Origin: Candidatus Dojkabacteria bacterium HGW-Dojkabacteria-1
GTDB lineage: Bacteria > Patescibacteriota > Dojkabacteria > SC72
Reading direction: 5' to 3'
Length of the DNA: 64,000 bases
Assembly (NCBI GenBank): GCA_002840365.1
Contig: PHAO01000001.1
Span: 652,360 to 716,359, forward strand
Shown here: positions 59,111-64,000 of the stretch, piece after piece
Position numbering within the stretch: the first letter of the stretch is position 1
Layout of the letters: each line of letters opens with the position of its first letter
Notes under the pieces: generated by a model
Database searches by the model: none
What the model was told of the DNA's origin: nothing
What the model saw: only the letters and a program-made list of their open reading frames with translations
Program-made: the position numbers and the translations under genes

Positions 59111-59737
59111 CTATTCTGTAATTTGTATGCTATTGATTACAATTTTGTTTAAGGGCCTATAGCTTTCGTTTGTCTCTGCTTTCGAAATAGCATCAACAAC
59201 AGAGAACCCGCTTGTGACTCTTCCTATTACAGAATACTCTCCGTTGAATTCACTTTTGTCGGAATTTGGAAGAACTATGAAAAATTGCGATGCATTTGCC
59301 ATTCCTACTGTGTAATCAGAAAAGTTTTCTCTCGTATTCTCTAGGCCTACTATATATCCCGGATCTCCATTACCATCTCCCTTCGCATCACCTGTTTGTA
59401 TCACAAAATCTTTTATTACCTTATGAAATGTTAATCCTTCGTAGTATCTTTCACTTATTAGAAATAGTAGACTGTTAACATTTTGAGGTGCTTTATCTTC
59501 GTACAAATCGATATTTATATCCCCAATGTTTTCTACTTTAATAGTAATGCTGTAATCAACACCCTCTTGTAGAAACTGCCTAGGTTGAGTATATGATCCC
59601 CTGTTATTAGTAAGGGGGCCTGTAGGCGAATACAAACCTGAGTTTAAAGAGAACATTATTATTACGCTTACAACAAGAAGTGCAAATGCTAAAAAAAGAA
59701 ACTTTTTGTTATCTCCCAATGCCTCTTTTACTCCCAT
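59111..59737 (-). CDS. Membrane-anchored cyclophilin-type protein (atypical active site)
   Basis: LYEDKAP, YYEGLTFHKVIKDFVIQTGD, MANASQFFI, YSVIGRV. Confidence 0.85.
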   Translation of the reverse strand: MGVKEALGDNKKFLFLAFALLVVSVIIMFSLNSGLYSPTGPLTNNRGSYTQPRQFLQEGVDYSITIKVENIGDINIDLYEDKAPQNVNSLLFLISERYYEGLTFHKVIKDFVIQTGDAKGDGNGDPGYIVGLENTRENFSDYTVGMANASQFFIVLPNSDKSEFNGEYSVIGRVTSGFSVVDAISKAETNESYRPLNKIVINSIQITE

Positions 59738-59754
59738 ATATTTTATTTAAAAAA

Positions 59755-62625
59755 TTATTTAGCCCACCAGAAAGGCTGTTTCTCGCCATCATTGAACCAT
59801 TTTCCATGTCTCATTATTTGATCCATACTTGGACCAGCACTAATATAGTTTATATTAACACTTGAAAGATATGGTGTTAAGTATGGTAGCTTCGTTGTGA
59901 ATATGAATTTGTATTGAAGATATGGATTTTCTACGCTACCAGAAAATGCAGAATATTCATTTTCTTTTATAGGAGATATAAAATGTATATCCTTAATTCT
60001 TGAAGAATCTTGGCTAAGAAGGAAAAGTGTTTCAAGGTTTGTTTCATTATCAATATACAACTGTATTGGTATATGCTCTCTTTGCCATTTATATATTTTT
60101 ACATTTTCACTAAATCCTCCCAAAGGAAATTCTCCTATCCAATCTTTAATTTCCAAAAGACCCGTTACTTTGTTAATCTGAGTAACTTCTCCCTCTAATA
60201 TGTATTTCTTACCCTCTATCTCCTCTTCTAGAACAATAGTTTCACCAACATAAAGGTTTTGAATATAGTTTGAAGACATACTACCTTCCTCTCTTATATA
60301 TATACTCTTGTTTTCAAGTGAGGAGAATGTTGAAGGATTTTGTAATTTAGCAATAAAGGATGGTTTAAATGTATATCTCCTATTACTGACACTAAATACG
60401 GAGTATACGTCTACATTCTCATCTTCAGATATCCTAAAGTTCTCTATAGTACTATTATTAGCTGCTTGTTCATCACTACACCCCATTCCAATATTGTAAT
60501 CACCAACATTATTCAACGAACTAGGTATTTGGGCAGTAGATTTGTTTCCATTTAAATATACAGATATAGATCCATCTTCTACCTTTAAAGCAACATGATT
60601 ATCAATGTTTTGTATATATGAATCATCAGAGAGGATCTTCCTATTTTGATTTTCTACCGATATCTTACCCTCCAATGTACTGTACATAGATATATCACCT
60701 ATTCTTAACAGACATGAGTATGAATTTGTTTCAGGTTTAAACCAAAGATCTGTATATTTTAGATTTTCTAAAGAATAATGCCCTTGTGAATTCTCTAATA
60801 TTGTCGTATTCAAAGACTGCAAACCTGCATCTATGGGATTCTTACTTATATATATCTCTTCTTCTTTATCTCCTTTGTAAAGGAAAGATATTAAATCATA
60901 TCCAACAAGAGAACCACTATCGGTAGTAAGATATATTCCACCATCCTTCTCTTCAATTTGAGGTGTTAGTTTAGAATTGTATATCCACTCCCCCCATTTA
61001 TTTCCTTCATTACTACTTCTGTATGTTAGGTACACATTTGCATATTGAGAATTAGAGACAACCTCATAGCTTGTCAAAAGCCTATTGTATGCCCTTAACA
61101 TTTCAATATATCCGAAAATGCTTGAATTCCCCCCAAGTATAATTGAGCCTAGAGTGTTTTGAGTACCAAATACAACTGGTATTTTTTCTTCCTTACCATC
61201 GATATAAAGGTGGATTTGACTATTATTCAAATCAAATATTACTGCAACATGATTCCATTTGTTATATTCAACAATCATATTTGAATCGAAAGTTTCTCCA
61301 TTACTATTTTGGAAAGAATATTTTCCATTCTTTACTATTAAATTTCCAAGGTTTGATCTAAAGATATTTTCTTGTATATTTTCATCCCTGTATCTCTGAT
61401 ATTTCCAAAGCTCAATAGTGAAGTATGAGCTACTTGCAGAGTTAATATTATACGTCTTAGACTGGCTATCTACTCCAACAGGAAGTTTTTCTAATTTTTC
61501 CTCTACCAATATGCCCAACTTAGAGAATGGTACATGCTTATCTCCTGTTGCTGACCCAAAAGCATTCCAATATATATTCTCTAAGATAGCACTACCCCCT
61601 AGAGGCAATACTCCAGAGATATATTCTCCGCTAAGAAATTCCTTAAGTCTAATTGAATATGTTTGATCTTGGATGGTTCTATCATATACACCCATATCGA
61701 ATGATAAACTACTGTCATGAACTATACTTGGATCTATCCTTATAGGGAAAACTCTTTCCTCACTTAGTAGCCAATTGGCATCCAATATTAACTCATATAT
61801 ATATTCATTCTCCTTCTCCGTTGCCCTTATATCTACGAATACATTACTTGTCTTGTTTCCCAAAGCATCTACAGCAAATTCAGGTAAAAAATGTGCGAAA
61901 TAGTTACCCTGCCCATCTGTTAGATACTGCGTACCCGAAGGAAAGCCTGGAAGACTTGTAATACTTCTCTTGAGCTCAAGTCCTTCATCTAGTGTAATCC
62001 TAAATACATACCTGTTTGCAGGTAATATGCATTCCTTTTCATTACACTCAGAAGTATATTCAGGTAGCTCATTTAAAATTATTTCTTCTTTAAGACCTTT
62101 ACCTTCTACTATTTGATATTCAATATCTATACCTTTGTATATGCCTCTTGAAACAATTGTATCCTTAGAAACAGCTTGAGAATCGTCCCCATATATATTT
62201 TTCCCACTTTGAACAAGCTCTATACTCTTTCTAAGTTCCAAATCTTCGAATTCTTTTCCTGCGATGCTAGAGATTGTCTCATCATATGATATTGTTTCAA
62301 GCCTAAGCTCTAAACCTAATTTCTTTCTTTCAAGTCCTAAGTAATACTTTATTTTCTCCCATATATTTCCTTTTGTTTCTTCAAAAGGATTCTTGTAGGA
62401 CTTTACACTTTCAAACCTTATATATTCCCCATCTATGAAATCTACACTAAATTTTGGATTAACATTTCTAAAATATGTACCTCCTTCTTGAGCTTTAACA
62501 ATATTGCCATTTTCCCTACTAGAGGTTTTCTGTATTAAAAAGAAAATAGAGAAGATTAGAAAGATACCTATTAAAAGGTACCCACTACATATGAGTACTT
62601 TCTTAAAAGTATATTTCTTTTTCAT
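59755..62625 (-). CDS. Large membrane-anchored/secreted LamG-domain protein
   Basis: N-terminal TM, GLKEEIIL...RVFPIRIDPS module, two LamG-like blocks (FTIELW..WNHVAV..LYIDG; NHVAL..VYLNG), C-terminal DQIMRHGKWF motif. Confidence 0.7.
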   Translation of the reverse strand: MKKKYTFKKVLICSGYLLIGIFLIFSIFFLIQKTSSRENGNIVKAQEGGTYFRNVNPKFSVDFIDGEYIRFESVKSYKNPFEETKGNIWEKIKYYLGLERKKLGLELRLETISYDETISSIAGKEFEDLELRKSIELVQSGKNIYGDDSQAVSKDTIVSRGIYKGIDIEYQIVEGKGLKEEIILNELPEYTSECNEKECILPANRYVFRITLDEGLELKRSITSLPGFPSGTQYLTDGQGNYFAHFLPEFAVDALGNKTSNVFVDIRATEKENEYIYELILDANWLLSEERVFPIRIDPSIVHDSSLSFDMGVYDRTIQDQTYSIRLKEFLSGEYISGVLPLGGSAILENIYWNAFGSATGDKHVPFSKLGILVEEKLEKLPVGVDSQSKTYNINSASSSYFTIELWKYQRYRDENIQENIFRSNLGNLIVKNGKYSFQNSNGETFDSNMIVEYNKWNHVAVIFDLNNSQIHLYIDGKEEKIPVVFGTQNTLGSIILGGNSSIFGYIEMLRAYNRLLTSYEVVSNSQYANVYLTYRSSNEGNKWGEWIYNSKLTPQIEEKDGGIYLTTDSGSLVGYDLISFLYKGDKEEEIYISKNPIDAGLQSLNTTILENSQGHYSLENLKYTDLWFKPETNSYSCLLRIGDISMYSTLEGKISVENQNRKILSDDSYIQNIDNHVALKVEDGSISVYLNGNKSTAQIPSSLNNVGDYNIGMGCSDEQAANNSTIENFRISEDENVDVYSVFSVSNRRYTFKPSFIAKLQNPSTFSSLENKSIYIREEGSMSSNYIQNLYVGETIVLEEEIEGKKYILEGEVTQINKVTGLLEIKDWIGEFPLGGFSENVKIYKWQREHIPIQLYIDNETNLETLFLLSQDSSRIKDIHFISPIKENEYSAFSGSVENPYLQYKFIFTTKLPYLTPYLSSVNINYISAGPSMDQIMRHGKWFNDGEKQPFWWAK

Positions 62626-62628
62626 TTA

Positions 62629-64000
62629 CTATAGCCCCCTGTTATAGTTTAGAGAGATGTCACCAACCCTTACATAATAATTCTCTTTCGAATACATAGA
62701 GAGTCGTAATGTACATGAATCACCTGCTTTCTTACATTGCGTAATATCTACTGCTTTAAGGGTCATTCTTTCCCATGCTCCAGGCATCTTACTTATACCG
62801 TTCTTTGTCTCTGTATCTATACCGCTATCTCCCATAAGGGCTATTTCTACTTTATTGTTTGTAATTGATGCAGAATTCTCTGTCATAAAGTCCAAAGCTA
62901 TTGCATCTTCTTTCCAACTTACAAAGTCACTTGGTAGCGTGATTCTTACTAATATATCGTAATCTTGAAGTGTTTCTCTGTCTGATTTCCATTCGTAGTA
63001 ATTCTTAAATACTCCTCCCGTATTTATAGCATCAGAGGTCATTCTCCCATGATTATCACTTCCATCAGCATATAGGATTGCTCCACTATATTCAGGAGAT
63101 ATTACTACGTTAGATGTTAAATCTCCCATTTCTACCCAATTTATTCCATCATTAGAAAATTCTAACCTCTTCTTTTCAACGTTATACCTTATTCCTCCCT
63201 CACTACTACCACTTCCAAGCCTAATGGTGCCTTTTGTATATATATCATTCCATCTATTACCACTATTTCCTATATCAGAGAACATACCAGACGTGTAAAG
63301 TGTACCTGAGGTTGTTAGACCATCTTTTGTTACCGCAAAATTGTCACTAACTCCTAAAAGTATATTGTTTAATGAGTACTCTTTCGTTGTAGTATTAGAG
63401 CCTACATATGTAAAAGATACAACAGACCACCCACTACCCGTTTCTGGTAGCACCTTCACAATATTATTGTTTGTATTCTCTATGTACATTTCAAGATATG
63501 TAACTCCATTTACATTGTTTATCCTTACTTTCGAGAAATTGTTACCTCCTGAAATGAAGTTTGAGATAATGTTTATATTAGATTCACTCCCCATTCTATT
63601 TACTTCTAATACAGAATTTTGAGATGATCCCAGACTTGTATTACTTATTCTAATTCTCCCAAAGGCTTGGTCAGAATCAGCTTTTGCAACACGATACCAT
63701 CCTGCTTGACCAGTGATAGTGCCCACTGCATTTCCAACAGGAGCATTAATTGATGCCAGGGTCCCTTGTATCTCTTTTATCTGTTTTTCATGTTTCTGGA
63801 GTTCTTTCATGTTTAGGACGCTGATCAGCTCATATACTACAGAAAGTATCTCTCCGTTTTCCCTATACCTTACTAACTCTGGAATATATTTCTCTACCTC
63901 TTCGGCTATTAAACCGAATGTTTTTGGAGTACCTGCAGAATCTGTTTTCCAGTTAAAACTAGTTGGTCTAAGGTTGTAAATTAGACTACTATCTATTTCT
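62629..64000 (-). CDS. 3' part of a large fibre-like protein with an internal peptidase S74 (intramolecular chaperone) domain
   Basis: The frame of the 63810 ORF stays open to the window edge and reads LRPTSFNWK...FGLIAEEVEKYIPELV...LSVVYELISVLNMKELQ + coiled coil. Confidence 0.75.
   Translation of the reverse strand, partial: EIDSSLIYNLRPTSFNWKTDSAGTPKTFGLIAEEVEKYIPELVRYRENGEILSVVYELISVLNMKELQKHEKQIKEIQGTLASINAPVGNAVGTITGQAGWYRVAKADSDQAFGRIRISNTSLGSSQNSVLEVNRMGSESNINIISNFISGGNNFSKVRINNVNGVTYLEMYIENTNNNIVKVLPETGSGWSVVSFTYVGSNTTTKEYSLNNILLGVSDNFAVTKDGLTTSGTLYTSGMFSDIGNSGNRWNDIYTKGTIRLGSGSSEGGIRYNVEKKRLEFSNDGINWVEMGDLTSNVVISPEYSGAILYADGSDNHGRMTSDAINTGGVFKNYYEWKSDRETLQDYDILVRITLPSDFVSWKEDAIALDFMTENSASITNNKVEIALMGDSGIDTETKNGISKMPGAWERMTLKAVDITQCKKAGDSCTLRLSMYSKENYYVRVGDISLNYNRGL

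Overview
AT-rich bacterial chromosome segment. Gene content points to a Candidate Phyla Radiation (Patescibacteria) organism, most likely Dojkabacteria/WS6 (inference): a form III-related RuBisCO, an archaeal/eukaryote-type ProRS, split ComEC, two MreB paralogues, no pyrH between tsf and frr, and many secreted Cys-rich, LamG and S74 proteins. Most of the window is housekeeping: rnhC, cysS, recR, ybaB, dnaX, mfd, pth, ybeY, rpsU, rseP, frr, tsf, rpsB, radC, topA, mrdA-mreD-mreC-mreB, rpmB, rpmG-secE-nusG-rplK-rplA-rplJ-rplL, uvrA, proS, argS, comEA/comEC. It also holds 8 tRNAs and a likely compact 6S RNA. Best candidates for undescribed biology: (1) an operon directly after rplL with a 7TM protein and four different ATP-grasp ligases (one fused to a retropepsin-like protease), abutting a convergent DUF1704/MATCAP-like carboxypeptidase that follows a second mreB, i.e. 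a possible peptide-tag writer/eraser or peptide-polymer system; (2) a separately transcribed 65-aa acidic Zn-finger ORF between rplA and rplJ whose transcript is closed by 5'/3' pairing and rich in hairpins; (3) uS2 fused to an RNAP alpha-CTD-like domain; (4) a four-gene WxL/Csu-like surface cluster; (5) RuBisCO downstream of a receiver/pseudo-receiver paralogue pair; (6) an orphan tRNA 3' fragment fused into the end of the ComEC beta-lactamase-fold gene. All family calls come from motif recognition by eye; no searches were run.
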